From contig CAXXPZ010000034.1 in the NCBI GenBank assembly GCA_963422555.2, positions 13,069 to 77,068 of the forward strand: 64,000 nt of DNA, given 5' to 3'. This document shows, one piece after another, positions 54,271 through 64,000 of this stretch (position 1 is its first letter; the number at the start of each line of letters is the position of its first letter). Source of the stretch: an uncultured Ruegeria sp. Its GTDB lineage: Bacteria; Pseudomonadota; Alphaproteobacteria; Rhodobacterales; Rhodobacteraceae. Under the pieces are notes generated by a model. It ran no database searches. It was not told the origin of the DNA and saw only the letters and a list, made by a program, of their open reading frames with translations. A program made the translations under genes and the position numbers.

Positions 54271-54320
54271 TGTGCGGAATTCCGCACAAGCGTCGACGTC
54301 GCTGTGCGAAATTTTGCACA
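54271..54320. promoter_or_regulatory. Tandem DctD-type binding sites upstream of dctP
   Basis: Palindromes TGTGCGGAATTCCGCACA (54271-54288) and TGTGCGAAATTTTGCACA (54303-54320), 32 bp apart. Confidence 0.75.
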
Positions 54321-54510
54321 CCTGAATCGAAGGGAAGAATATGCAGATGAGATGTGCGTTCTAAATAATTGAAACGAAATGAAAATAATCTCCACAAGTC
54401 GCTTGGTAACAAATCGTTGAGGCGTAGGCGGCGATTCGCTTCACTTCGCCCAGCGGTTGCTGAATCAGCGATCAGCCACGAATTGATAAAAGTCCGGGAG
54501 GAAAAGACAG

Positions 54511-55512
54511 ATGAAGTTTCTGACAACAGCCGCCACCGCGCTGGCCCTGTCCGTCACCGCGACCGCGGGTATGGCGGCCTGCGAAGATGGCGAGATCGTC
54601 GTCAAGTTCGCGCATGTGACCAACACAGACAAACACCCCAAGGGCATCGCCGCGTCGCTGCTGGAGCAGCGCGTCAACGATGAAATGCAGGGCGTGATGT
54701 GCATGGAGGTCTATCCGAACTCGACGCTCTATAACGATGACAAAGTGCTGGAGGCGATGTTGCAAGGCGACGTGCAACTAGCCGCCCCGTCGCTGTCGAA
54801 ATTCGAAAAGTTCACCAAGCAATTCCGCTTGTTCGACCTGCCGTTCATGTTCAAGAACATCGAAGCCGTAGATGCGTTTCAGGCGTCGGCTGACGGTCAG
54901 GCGATGAAAGACAGCATGCAGCGCCGTGGTCTGCAAGGGCTGGATTTCTGGCACAATGGCATGAAACAGATGTCGGCCAACCAGCCGTTGCTCGACCCAA
55001 GCGATGCCGAAGGCCTGAAATTCCGGGTGCAATCCTCGGACGTTCTGGTCGCCCAGATGGAGGCCATCGGTGGCAGCCCGCAGAAGATGGCGTTTTCAGA
55101 AGTCTATGGCGCGCTGCAGCAGGGCGTTGTGGACGGGCAGGAAAACACCTGGTCGAACATCTACGCTAAGAAGTTCTTTGAGGTGCAGGACGGCATCACC
55201 GAGACCAACCACGGCATTATCGACTATCTGGTCGTGACCTCGGTTGACTGGCTGGACAGTCTTGATCCCGAAGTCCGTGACCAGTTCCTGACCATCCTGA
55301 CCGAAGTTACCGAGCAGCGGAACAAGGAAGCCTTTGCCGTGAACGAAGCGGCCAAAGCCTCGATCACCGACGCCGGTGGAATCATTCGGGATTTGAACCC
55401 CGACCAGCGTCAGGCCTGGGTTGATGCGATGAAACCTGTTTGGGACAAGTTCGCCGACGACGTGGGTCAGGACAAGATCGACGCCGCTCAGGCCATTAAC
55501 GCCGGGTTCTGA
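54511..55512 (+). CDS. dctP: TRAP transporter solute-binding subunit
   Basis: Signal peptide, HPKG, GLKFRVQSS, VDGQENTWSNI. Confidence 0.92.
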   Translation: MKFLTTAATALALSVTATAGMAACEDGEIVVKFAHVTNTDKHPKGIAASLLEQRVNDEMQGVMCMEVYPNSTLYNDDKVLEAMLQGDVQLAAPSLSKFEKFTKQFRLFDLPFMFKNIEAVDAFQASADGQAMKDSMQRRGLQGLDFWHNGMKQMSANQPLLDPSDAEGLKFRVQSSDVLVAQMEAIGGSPQKMAFSEVYGALQQGVVDGQENTWSNIYAKKFFEVQDGITETNHGIIDYLVVTSVDWLDSLDPEVRDQFLTILTEVTEQRNKEAFAVNEAAKASITDAGGIIRDLNPDQRQAWVDAMKPVWDKFADDVGQDKIDAAQAINAGF

Positions 55513-55630
55513 TCCCGGTTCAGGCCGCGTGACCGATGACTGGGGAGTAACCGGTCACGCAGGCCGGGAGGGCCAGACCATGGCCCGCCACTTAACTCTC
55601 TCATCACAGAAAATTTGCGGGGACAGAGAC

Positions 55631-56308
55631 ATGTCTGGTTCAAAAACCGGCCAGAGCGGTTTGATTGACCACATCGAAGAAAGCCTGATTGCGTTGTTGT
55701 TGGGCCTGATGACGGTCGTGACCTTTGCCAATGTGATTGCGCGATTCGTGTTCAATTCCAACATCCTGTGGGCGCTGGAGCTGACAGTATTCACCTTTGG
55801 CTGGCTGGTGTTGCTGGGGGCGTCTTACGCGGTCAAGAAACACGCGCATCTGGGTGTGGACGCGATCCTGAACATGCTGGCCCCGGCTCCGCGCCGTATT
55901 CTGGCGCTGATCGCGGTGACCTGCTGTCTGGTGTTCTCGCTGCTGCTGCTCAAAGGGTGTTACGACTATTGGGCCGTCTTTGCTGATCTTCCGCCCACAT
56001 CCGGCCGCTGGTTCCCGACCGGGTTCGACACCGGTGCGCGCAGTCAGAGCTTTTATGAGGTTGACGACATCCCCATGGTGGCGCCGCTGCGCTTTCTCGA
56101 AGACCTGATCAACTATGGCGAGGGGTATGAGAAACTGCCCAAGGTGGTGCCTTATCTGGTGTTGCCCGTCTCAATGCTGCTGCTGGTGATCCGCTTTGCG
56201 CAGGTCGCGGTCCAGATATGGCGCGGCGAAACCGACCGTCTTGTCGCCAGCCACGAGGTTGAGGACGAGATCGAAGAAGTCCGGGCCCAGCAAGGGGAGC
56301 AGAACTGA
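55631..56308 (+). CDS. dctQ: TRAP transporter small permease
   Basis: Four TM segments, WALEL..HLGVD. Confidence 0.88.
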   Translation: MSGSKTGQSGLIDHIEESLIALLLGLMTVVTFANVIARFVFNSNILWALELTVFTFGWLVLLGASYAVKKHAHLGVDAILNMLAPAPRRILALIAVTCCLVFSLLLLKGCYDYWAVFADLPPTSGRWFPTGFDTGARSQSFYEVDDIPMVAPLRFLEDLINYGEGYEKLPKVVPYLVLPVSMLLLVIRFAQVAVQIWRGETDRLVASHEVEDEIEEVRAQQGEQN

Positions 56309-57684
56309 TGGACGTCGTACTCCTGTTCTCGATGGTCATTGGCCTGCTGCTGATCGGTGTGCCGATTGCGGTGGCTTTGGGCCTTAGCTCGACCCTGTTC
56401 CTGTTGATTTATTCCGACAGTTCGCTGGCCTCGGTCGCGGGCACTCTGTTTGAGGCGTTTGAGGGGCATTTTACCCTGTTGGCGATCCCGTTCTTTATCC
56501 TTGCGTCCTCATTCATGACCACGGGTGGCGTGGCGCGTCGGATCATTCGGTTTTCGATTGCCTGTGTAGGGCATTTACCCGGTGGTCTGGCCATTGCCGG
56601 TGTGTTTGCCTGTATGCTGTTTGCCGCGCTATCCGGCTCTTCTCCGGCGACGGTGGTTGCCATCGGTTCGATCGTGATCGCAGGGATGCGGCAGGTTGGG
56701 TACTCCAAGGAATTCGCAGCTGGTGTGATCTGTAACGCGGGCACGCTGGGCATCCTGATCCCGCCATCCATCGTGATGGTTGTTTATGCTGCTGCGGTCG
56801 AGGTTTCGGTCGGGCGCATGTTTCTGGCAGGTGTGATTCCGGGTCTGTTGGCCGGTCTGATGCTGATGGTCACGATCTATGTCATGGCCAAGGTTAAAAA
56901 CCTGCCCAAAGGCGATTGGAAAGGGTGGGGTGAGATCTTTACCTCGGCCCGCGAAGCGGGTTGGGGCCTGTTCCTGATCGTCATCATTCTGGGCGGCATC
57001 TATGGCGGTATCTTTACACCTACCGAAGCCGCTGCGGTTGCTGCCGTCTATGCCTTCTTTATTGCCAGCTTTGTCTACAAAGACATGGGGCCGCTCAGCA
57101 CCGACGGCGATGGGCAGAATATCTCGTTGCTGAAAAAACCCTATGCTCTGTTAACTGCGTTCTTCCACCCGGATACCAAGCATACGCTGTTCGAGGCTGG
57201 AAAGCTGACCGTCACACTGCTGTTCGTGATTGCCAACGCGCTGATCCTTAAACATGTGCTGACCGATGAACAGGTGCCGCAACACATCGCCGGCGCCATG
57301 CTGTCGGCGGGTCTGGGGCCGGTGACGTTCCTGATCGTGGTCAACGTGATCCTGCTTATCGGCGGTCAGTTCATGGAGCCGTCGGGCCTGCTGGTCATCG
57401 TGGCGCCGCTGGTGTTTCCGATTGCCATCGAGCTGGGGATCGATCCGATCCATCTGGGTATCATCATGGTGGTCAATATGGAGATCGGGATGATTACACC
57501 TCCGGTCGGGTTGAACCTGTTCGTAACCTCGGGTGTGGCGGGCATGCCGATGATGGGCGTGGTCAGGGCTGCGTTGCCCTTCCTGGCCGTGCTGTTCGTG
57601 TTCCTGATCATGGTGACGTATATCCCGTGGATATCGACCTTCCTGCCCAATACGTTCATGGGCCCCGAGATCATAACAAACTGA
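56308..57684 (+). CDS. dctM: TRAP transporter large permease
   Basis: LLAIPFF, SGSSPAT, LIPPSI and TPPVGLNL motifs. Confidence 0.92.
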   Translation: MDVVLLFSMVIGLLLIGVPIAVALGLSSTLFLLIYSDSSLASVAGTLFEAFEGHFTLLAIPFFILASSFMTTGGVARRIIRFSIACVGHLPGGLAIAGVFACMLFAALSGSSPATVVAIGSIVIAGMRQVGYSKEFAAGVICNAGTLGILIPPSIVMVVYAAAVEVSVGRMFLAGVIPGLLAGLMLMVTIYVMAKVKNLPKGDWKGWGEIFTSAREAGWGLFLIVIILGGIYGGIFTPTEAAAVAAVYAFFIASFVYKDMGPLSTDGDGQNISLLKKPYALLTAFFHPDTKHTLFEAGKLTVTLLFVIANALILKHVLTDEQVPQHIAGAMLSAGLGPVTFLIVVNVILLIGGQFMEPSGLLVIVAPLVFPIAIELGIDPIHLGIIMVVNMEIGMITPPVGLNLFVTSGVAGMPMMGVVRAALPFLAVLFVFLIMVTYIPWISTFLPNTFMGPEIITN

Positions 57685-57695
57685 TATCGTTCAGA

Positions 57696-57736
57696 AACAG
57701 ATGGGCCGGACGCCCCTTGGGTCCGGCCCATCTGTT
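57696..57736. terminator. Bidirectional terminator between dctM and tpiA
   Basis: 16-bp perfect stem AACAGATGGGCCGGAC / GTCCGGCCCATCTGTT. Confidence 0.75.
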
Positions 57737-57759
57737 ATTTCATCACGCAAATGGTCAGA

Positions 57760-58509
57760 TCAGGCGTTTTCCAGCGCCTGAATAATCCCCGAGAAATCGG
57801 CAGCCTTGAGACTGGCACCGCCCACAAGCACCCCGTCAACGTTAGATACGGCGAAAATTTCGGCCGCATTGGACGGCTTGACCGATCCGCCATACAGCAG
57901 CCGGACAGACCGGCCCACGCCCTCGCCAAAGCGGCGTTCCAGACGGGCGCGCATGAAATCATGCACCTCGCCAATCTGATCCAGTGTCGGAACCTTGCCG
58001 GTTCCGATCGCCCAGATTGGCTCATAGGCGACAACCAGATTTTCGCCCGTCGATTGATCCGGGATCGATCCGGACATTTGCCCACCGATGATGTCCAGCG
58101 TATTGGCGGCCTCGCGTTGTTCCAGGCTTTCACCGACGCAGATGACGGTCGCCAGCCCCGCATCCATTGCAGCGCGCGCCTTGGCCCTGACGTCTTCGTC
58201 CTGTTCTCCGTGATCTTGTCGCCGCTCGGAATGGCCGAGTATCACGTATTTTGCCCCGGCATCTTTTATCATTTCGGCACTCAGATCACCGGTATGCGCG
58301 CCCGAGACCTCAGCATGGCAATCCTGACCGCCAATGGCCATGCCGCCATCGCCGACGGCCTGCGCGGCCCGGTTTAGCAAGGTTGCGGGTGGGCAGATGA
58401 GGATGTCGATATCGGGGTTTGGGTGCAAATCGGAAAGTGCGTCCAGTTCGGTCAGGGCGGCCCCGGTTCCGTTCATTTTCCAATTGCCCGCTGCCAGTTT
58501 ACGCCGCAT
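57760..58509 (-). CDS. tpiA: Triosephosphate isomerase
   Basis: AGNWKMN, GHSERR, AYEPIWAIGTG and YGGSV motifs. Confidence 0.97.
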   Translation of the reverse strand: MRRKLAAGNWKMNGTGAALTELDALSDLHPNPDIDILICPPATLLNRAAQAVGDGGMAIGGQDCHAEVSGAHTGDLSAEMIKDAGAKYVILGHSERRQDHGEQDEDVRAKARAAMDAGLATVICVGESLEQREAANTLDIIGGQMSGSIPDQSTGENLVVAYEPIWAIGTGKVPTLDQIGEVHDFMRARLERRFGEGVGRSVRLLYGGSVKPSNAAEIFAVSNVDGVLVGGASLKAADFSGIIQALENA

Positions 58510-58634
58510 CTCTGTCTCTCCGTAATCCACAATTCGCCAGGTTTCAGTTAACACCCCACCCGGGCGCTTACAATTCCACTTGCGATCCGTTGCGTTGCAA
58601 GGCAGGAGTTTCGTGCGAAAATTACGGGTGCAGC

Positions 58635-59549
58635 ATGATCGACAACCTGAATCTCAAGAACCTGGATCAACGCGACCCTGAGGAACTGGCGCGGTTGGCG
58701 CTGGCGGTGCGCGAGATGGGGTTTCTGACCGTCACGGGTACCGGGCTTGATGCTGATCGGTTGGCTGAGGTTTTTGACGCCTATCGTGGATTCTTCCGGC
58801 TACCCGAGGCCGAAAAACAAATCGTCGACATGACCAGAACCGGTTCAAACCGGGGGTGGGGCGCGCCCAAGTCCGAGCAATCCAACCCGGACGCCAACCC
58901 CGATTTCAAGGAAGTGTTCGACTGCGGCTATGAACTGCCCGCAGGCGACCCCTATATCGCGCGTGATCTTAGCGTCTATGCGCCAAACCTGTGGCCAGAC
59001 AACCCAACGGATTTTCGGGAAACGATCCAGGCGTACTATGGCGACGCCTGCGCGGTCGCCATGAGGATACTGCGCGCCATCGCCGTCGCGTTGGGCCGAG
59101 ACGAGGCCAGCTTTGACGAAGCTTTTGGCACTCCGATGGCGCTGTTGCGCGGCAATTTCTATCCCACGCGTCCGGATTGGGCGGGTGAAAAAGACTTTGG
59201 CATCGCTGCGCATACCGATTTTGGCTGCCTGACTCTGCTGGCGACCGATGGCACACCGGGGCTTGAGGTCAAGACACCTGACGGTGATTGGCAGACGGTT
59301 CATGCGGAGCCGGGAAAATTCATCATCAACTTTGGCGAAATGCTGGAATTCTGGACATCCGGAGAGGTCAAGGCCACGCTGCACCGGGTCAAAGGCGGCA
59401 CTCAGGAACGGCTGTCGATCCCGCTGTTTTTCAACCCGTCTTTCGATACCAATGTCGCGCCGCCAAATTCGGGTGAAACAATCTCAGCAGGCAAGCATCT
59501 GACGCGCCGGTTCAACGAGACTTACGTACACCTGCAAAAAGCATCTTAA
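58635..59549 (+). CDS. IPNS-like 2OG-Fe(II) dioxygenase
   Basis: DFKEVFD, HTDFGCLTLL, HRV..RLSIP motifs. Confidence 0.87.
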   Translation: MIDNLNLKNLDQRDPEELARLALAVREMGFLTVTGTGLDADRLAEVFDAYRGFFRLPEAEKQIVDMTRTGSNRGWGAPKSEQSNPDANPDFKEVFDCGYELPAGDPYIARDLSVYAPNLWPDNPTDFRETIQAYYGDACAVAMRILRAIAVALGRDEASFDEAFGTPMALLRGNFYPTRPDWAGEKDFGIAAHTDFGCLTLLATDGTPGLEVKTPDGDWQTVHAEPGKFIINFGEMLEFWTSGEVKATLHRVKGGTQERLSIPLFFNPSFDTNVAPPNSGETISAGKHLTRRFNETYVHLQKAS

Positions 59550-59911
59550 CGCTGTGTGGCGAGGCTTTCGTCGAATTTGATGGATTCGCCGCAGCCGCAG
59601 GCATCAACAACGTTGGGGTTGCGGAATTTAAAGCCGGATTCCAACAGCGAGACCTCATAATCGATCTCGGTGCCGAACAGAAACATCTGGGCCATGGGCG
59701 CAATGATGATCCGGGCACCGTCCTGTTCGACCACCTCATCATTGGTGTCGGCCTGATCGACATAGTCCATGGTATATTCCATACCGGCGCAACCACCCTT
59801 TTTGACACCAATGCGCAGACCGGCATGGCCGCCTGACTGCATCAGGCGAACAATCTGTTCGGCAGCTTTGGGTGTCATGGTCACGGCTTGTTTGCCGGGA
59901 ATACCAAACAT
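59546..59911 (-). CDS. sufA: A-type Fe-S carrier (IscA/SufA)
   Basis: GGCAGMEY and CGCGES motifs. Confidence 0.88.
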   Translation of the reverse strand: MFGIPGKQAVTMTPKAAEQIVRLMQSGGHAGLRIGVKKGGCAGMEYTMDYVDQADTNDEVVEQDGARIIIAPMAQMFLFGTEIDYEVSLLESGFKFRNPNVVDACGCGESIKFDESLATQR

Positions 59912-60094
59912 GAACGTCTCCGATTTTCACGCGTTGCCCCTAATCTAGGGCCGACGGGGGCTGGGCTCAAGGGACGGCGACTAATGACATTCAACAATCG
60001 CGCAAGCGTGACGCCAATTTGGCACGGGTTGCGTCAGATCGGCGGATGGCATTAGCCTGTCCGCAATTCATGGCAATCGTATTGGAAAGGCGCA

Positions 60095-60436
60095 GTGGAA
60101 ATGATCACATCTGGATTAACAGGCGCCATCAAACCGGTCCTGATGGTCGTTATCGGGCTGACATGTCTTGGTCAGGCCTCATGGGCGGCGGCTGAAACCA
60201 AGCGCCATCCGGTCAATTGCGCCACGGCCGAGGGCGATCTGCGCGCCATCGCAGCCGAAAAGAAACACGCTGAAGATCAACAGGTTGAAAGCGTTATTTC
60301 AATCACACCCGCCGGTGCTTTGCTGGGTTTGGCCACCGGAACCGAAAACAAACGGCTCAAGATGTTGTCGGGCGACTATGTCACTCAGCTGGACGATCGC
60401 GCAGCCGAGATCAAATCGACCTGCAACGTCAAATAG
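60095..60436 (+). CDS. Hypothetical secreted protein
   Basis: Signal-peptide-like N-terminus, two Cys in the mature region. Confidence 0.6.
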   Translation: MEMITSGLTGAIKPVLMVVIGLTCLGQASWAAAETKRHPVNCATAEGDLRAIAAEKKHAEDQQVESVISITPAGALLGLATGTENKRLKMLSGDYVTQLDDRAAEIKSTCNVK

Positions 60437-60444
60437 AGGTGTTG

Positions 60445-60480
60445 AAAAAAATGGACCGCCCTCGGGCAAGGGCGGTCCAG
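60445..60480 (-). terminator. Terminator between convergent genes
   Basis: TGGACCGCCCT...AGGGCGGTCCA hairpin with A7 run. Confidence 0.6.
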
Positions 60481-60511
60481 AATGGGCCCGAAGAATTGGG
60501 GACGGCTGTAG

Positions 60512-61720
60512 TCAGAGGCCCATGCAGTTCGCGTAATAAGTCACGGTTGCCGGCCAATCTGAAAAGACGCCCTCAACCTTTACATCCTGCGCCAGAACAT
60601 CCAGCAGTTGATAATACATGCTGTCATCGGTGGTGAGGTCGGCAACGGACTGGAAGTACCAACCGCCACCCGAGGCCAGCGGCCCCGAACGCTCCAGCGT
60701 CCACGTGATCAGTTTCAATCCGGCCTCTCGGGTCTGCGTGGCCCAGACGGATGGTACGATCTCACCGTTTTCCTCGGTCACCAGCATCCACATCGGAGGC
60801 GCGATATAGTTGACACCTTTGGCGTGCAGTTCCTTGAAATCATGCGGGAAAGTAGATGGATCGCTGTGATCGAAACCATCGATGTTATACGAGTTGTCCA
60901 GGAACACGGCCTGTTTGCCGAACTCAGGCTCGTATTCGATCCAATACAAAACATCATCCAGATTAAAGCTCTGCGCCCAGACATCTGACGCAGGCACGCC
61001 CGCGGCCTTGTATTCGTCGATCAGCTTTTGGGCATAGTCCTGCTGGCTGAACCCGTCAAACGGCATGCCCACCGACGGGGATTTCAGTTCCGGAGTGAAT
61101 TTTGCCCCCAGATCACGGAACAAGGCAATCGATTCCGCGTGGGTCATGGTTTGTGCGACATCGGCAAACAAGGTGCTGCGCCAGTCGGCCACACCGCCCT
61201 GATACGCCTCGGGCGTGGTTGCGGCCTTGTCTGCGCTGTCCATTTTGGGCGTCAGCGTTCTGAACTGTTCCAATGTCAGGTCCGAGGTACGGCATTCCGC
61301 CTGCGCTTCGTCACTGCCATTGGCGGGGGAAAAGGGAACGATGCAGGTGTCGGCCAGATCGCTGATCAGGATGTTGGTCGTTGTGTGCAGGTCGTTCTGG
61401 GCATGGCGGCAGACCAGTTCATGGTCTTTGGTAAAGGTTACGTCGCATTCCAGAATTCCGGCCCCCATGCGCGCGGCAGCGATATTTGATTCGACCGTGT
61501 GTTCCGGAAACAGCAGCGGTGCGCCTCGATGGCCGATGGAAAATGTAGACGTCTTGGGGGTTTGCGCCGAACAGGCCTGTAATTTGGTCTTGAGCTCTCC
61601 GTCCGGAAGCTTGTCAATCAGATAGGCCGGGCGCGGGCCATAGCTGATCTGGGGTGCCGTGCCGTTGGCAGCAGCCAGCGTGGGCAGCAATAGGGTGGCG
61701 CAAACAAGTGAAATACGCAT
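60512..61720 (-). CDS. Periplasmic glycerophosphodiester phosphodiesterase
   Basis: IGHRGA..PEHT, ECDVTFTKD..LVCRH, GVFSDWP. Confidence 0.9.
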   Translation of the reverse strand: MRISLVCATLLLPTLAAANGTAPQISYGPRPAYLIDKLPDGELKTKLQACSAQTPKTSTFSIGHRGAPLLFPEHTVESNIAAARMGAGILECDVTFTKDHELVCRHAQNDLHTTTNILISDLADTCIVPFSPANGSDEAQAECRTSDLTLEQFRTLTPKMDSADKAATTPEAYQGGVADWRSTLFADVAQTMTHAESIALFRDLGAKFTPELKSPSVGMPFDGFSQQDYAQKLIDEYKAAGVPASDVWAQSFNLDDVLYWIEYEPEFGKQAVFLDNSYNIDGFDHSDPSTFPHDFKELHAKGVNYIAPPMWMLVTEENGEIVPSVWATQTREAGLKLITWTLERSGPLASGGGWYFQSVADLTTDDSMYYQLLDVLAQDVKVEGVFSDWPATVTYYANCMGL

Positions 61721-61845
61721 TTAAGATCTCCGGATTGCCATGCGCGGGTCTTGTTGCGCATCAATGTGACACCCCGAAAACAGAAGCGTAACAGTCCGGA
61801 CACCGTTTTGTAACAGCGCGGTATTTTCTGTGGATATGTCGGGGG

Positions 61846-62208
61846 TTACATGAAACCCAGTTCGAGGCGGGCCTCGTCTGACATCATTTCCATACCCCAG
61901 GGGGGTTCCCATGTCAGCTCGACATCGACTTCCTTGACGCCAGCCACAGGCTCAATCGCCTCGACGATCCAGCCGGGCATTTCACCGGCGACGGGGCAAC
62001 CCGGGGCGGTCAGGGTCATGATGACTTTGACGGCGTTTTCGCCACTGATGTCGATAGTGTAAATCAATCCCAGATCGTAGATATTGACTGGAATTTCAGG
62101 GTCATAAACCGTCCGGCAGGCATCCACCACGGGTTCGTACAGGGGATGTTCAATGGTTGATGGCGCAATCAGGGGGCTGCCTTCAAGCTGTTCGCTGGGG
62201 TGGGTCAT
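61846..62208 (-). CDS. SUF system Fe-S assembly protein (DUF59/SufT)
   Basis: VYDPEIPVNIYDLGLIY, TLTAPGCP and WEPPW motifs. Confidence 0.9.
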   Translation of the reverse strand: MTHPSEQLEGSPLIAPSTIEHPLYEPVVDACRTVYDPEIPVNIYDLGLIYTIDISGENAVKVIMTLTAPGCPVAGEMPGWIVEAIEPVAGVKEVDVELTWEPPWGMEMMSDEARLELGFM

Positions 62209-62305
62209 TGATGCCTCGGGTGTGTTATCTGACAGATTATATAGGGAAAGTCCCCGGCAGCGTCCAGTGGTGCCGTGGTGCCCGAAGTGCGGGCGCCGCG
62301 CCGAT

Positions 62306-62584
62306 TCATTCGTTTATGTCGTGATCGAACCTTTTCACCTGCCCATGCGGCAGCGCGAACATCCGGCGCAGGATCAGCCACGCGGTCAGCGACAAGGCAG
62401 CAAAGATCAGCAACAGGATCGGCAGGGCCGGCGTCAGCCCCGGGATCAGCAGCAAGATCCCGGTGACAGCGGCGCCGATGGCAAAGCCCAGAAAGATAAA
62501 GCCGGGCAGGACCACTTCGAGGATGGCCAGGGTCAGAGCGGCCGCCAGCCAGATCCACCAGGTCAACCAGAAGGGATCAGCCAT
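62306..62584 (-). CDS. Short NfeD-like membrane protein
   Basis: Hydrophobic ILEVVLPGFIFLGF; coupled to SPFH gene. Confidence 0.75.
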   Translation of the reverse strand: MADPFWLTWWIWLAAALTLAILEVVLPGFIFLGFAIGAAVTGILLLIPGLTPALPILLLIFAALSLTAWLILRRMFALPHGQVKRFDHDINE

Positions 62585-63474
62585 TATTTGCTTCCTTTCA
62601 ACATGTTAAACGCGTTTCCAAATGCTTCGAGGGCGTTTGCAGGCACAACAATTGTCTGCGAACCCGTGCCATTGCCCAGCGCATTCAGCGCCTCGACCTG
62701 TTTCAGGGCAACCTGATATTGTGCGGCCTCAAGCCCGTTTTCCTGAATGGCCTTGGCAACCACTCCGGTGGCGTAGGCTTCGGCCTCGGCCTGAATGCGG
62801 CGGGCTTTGGCGATTTGTTCGGCCGCGTACAGCTCGGCTTCGGCCTGCAGCTCGACCGCGCGTTTTTGACCTTCGGCTTCGGTTACCTGCGCCCGACGGG
62901 CACGTTCGGCGTTCAGATGTTGCAGCATCGCATCCCGCGTGGCCTGGTCAAGGTTCACGTCCAGAATCTCGGCCCTGGTCACTTGGATGCCCCAGTCGTC
63001 CACAGCGGTTTCAACGCTTTCCTGAATGCGGTCGATCAGCTGTGCGCGGTTCGACTGAACTTCGTCCAGATCCATCTTACCAATCTCGGCGCGGACGATA
63101 CCGGCGACAGTGGTGGCAATCGCGCCATCAACGTCGCGGATCCGATAGACTGTCTTTTCGGGCTCAAGAATACGGTAGAACACCGAAGTGTCGATTTGCA
63201 CCAACACGTTGTCCTTGGTGATGGCGTCCTGCGTTGCGTTCGGCAACTGACGCTCCAAAATGGATATCTTGTGTCGCGCAACATCCAGAAAGGGAACAAT
63301 AAAGTTGATACCGGGTCCAAGCACGGCATGCAGGCGACCGAACCGTTCAACCACGAATTTCTCGGATTGTGGAACGATCTTTATACCTTTTAGGATGACG
63401 GCAATGATGAAGGCCGCCGCCAGTAAATAGATGATGTTTGATGTGAGCAGGCCAATAATCTGGTCTTCGGTCAT
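62584..63474 (-). CDS. SPFH/band 7 (stomatin-like) protein
   Basis: VVERFGR, AITKDNV and AERARRA motifs. Confidence 0.92.
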   Translation of the reverse strand: MTEDQIIGLLTSNIIYLLAAAFIIAVILKGIKIVPQSEKFVVERFGRLHAVLGPGINFIVPFLDVARHKISILERQLPNATQDAITKDNVLVQIDTSVFYRILEPEKTVYRIRDVDGAIATTVAGIVRAEIGKMDLDEVQSNRAQLIDRIQESVETAVDDWGIQVTRAEILDVNLDQATRDAMLQHLNAERARRAQVTEAEGQKRAVELQAEAELYAAEQIAKARRIQAEAEAYATGVVAKAIQENGLEAAQYQVALKQVEALNALGNGTGSQTIVVPANALEAFGNAFNMLKGSK

Positions 63475-63656
63475 ATCTGTCCTCTGTTATTGTGTACGAT
63501 GGTATACATGTGGGGATTGAGTCGCCCAATTTCAACTCTGGTATGGATTGCGCGGGCGGCGATGCAAATCTATGAAATCGATTATATCAAAGGTAATTTC
63601 TGTGCTGTGGCTGCTTTGCATCCCGGCCTGATTGCGCTATCGGGCAGGAATGAAAC

Positions 63657-64000
63657 GGCTCAGTTTCCAATTCGTATGCATGGCCTGTCGATTGCGTTGG
63701 CGAGACACGCACGGGGTGAGGCGCTTTCCAGTTCCAGATGCTGAAACCATCGCAGGTAGTTGTCGAGATATTTGGTTGCGACCCCCCGGTAGCGCCGCAG
63801 GAAATCCTTCAACTGGCTGTGTCGATTGTTGACTGTCTGAATGTGAAAGGCGTCGCGCACCCGCTCACCACTGGACAGGTTCAACGCTTCGTGGCGCACA
63901 CCGATTACGGCGGCACAGGGCGGATAGGCGCGGTGACCATCACTTACCAGAACGATATCCTCGTCCACGACCGGTTCGATGACCTCCCGCAAGCTGTCAG
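63657..64000 (-). mobile_element. Second-type IS1595-family element (3' part, runs off window)
   Basis: LVSDG..HEALNLSSGERVR..HIQTVNNRHSQLK..GVATKYL; related to but clearly distinct from copies 1 and 2. Confidence 0.85.

Overview
A 64-kb chromosomal segment of a GC-rich Roseobacter-group alphaproteobacterium (Ruegeria-like gene order, an inference). The housekeeping backbone carries guaA, an mttB-family gene, gafB/gafA (gene transfer agent regulators), oxyR/prx, lipA, hpt, pyrC, a form II cox (coxDE-xdhC-coxSLM) cluster, a BKACE/aminotransferase cluster, infC, sulfate assimilation genes (fpr, cysH, cysI, cysG), dctBD-dctPQM, tpiA, sufA, sufT and an SPFH/NfeD pair. Mobile DNA has invaded it heavily. 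(1) A 10.5-kb element (31045-41571) with TGT...ACA ends, repeated subterminal motifs and a 5-bp target duplication splits a Rieske oxygenase gene. It carries the remains of a TipJ-like tail protein with collagen-like repeats and a DUF4376 gene, so it looks like an internally deleted transposable (Mu/Tn7-like-ended) prophage, itself hit by one IS3 and two IS4 copies. (2) A 4.3-kb IS66 (ISBst12-type) unit (18895-23213) with a 9-bp duplication sits in a palindrome between coxS and coxL. It carries an 814-aa 2OG-Fe(II) oxygenase passenger lying between a degenerate inner right end and an outer right end. (3) Three IS1595-family copies are present. Several host genes are frameshifted or IS-disrupted, which suggests either ongoing genome erosion or homopolymer sequencing errors.
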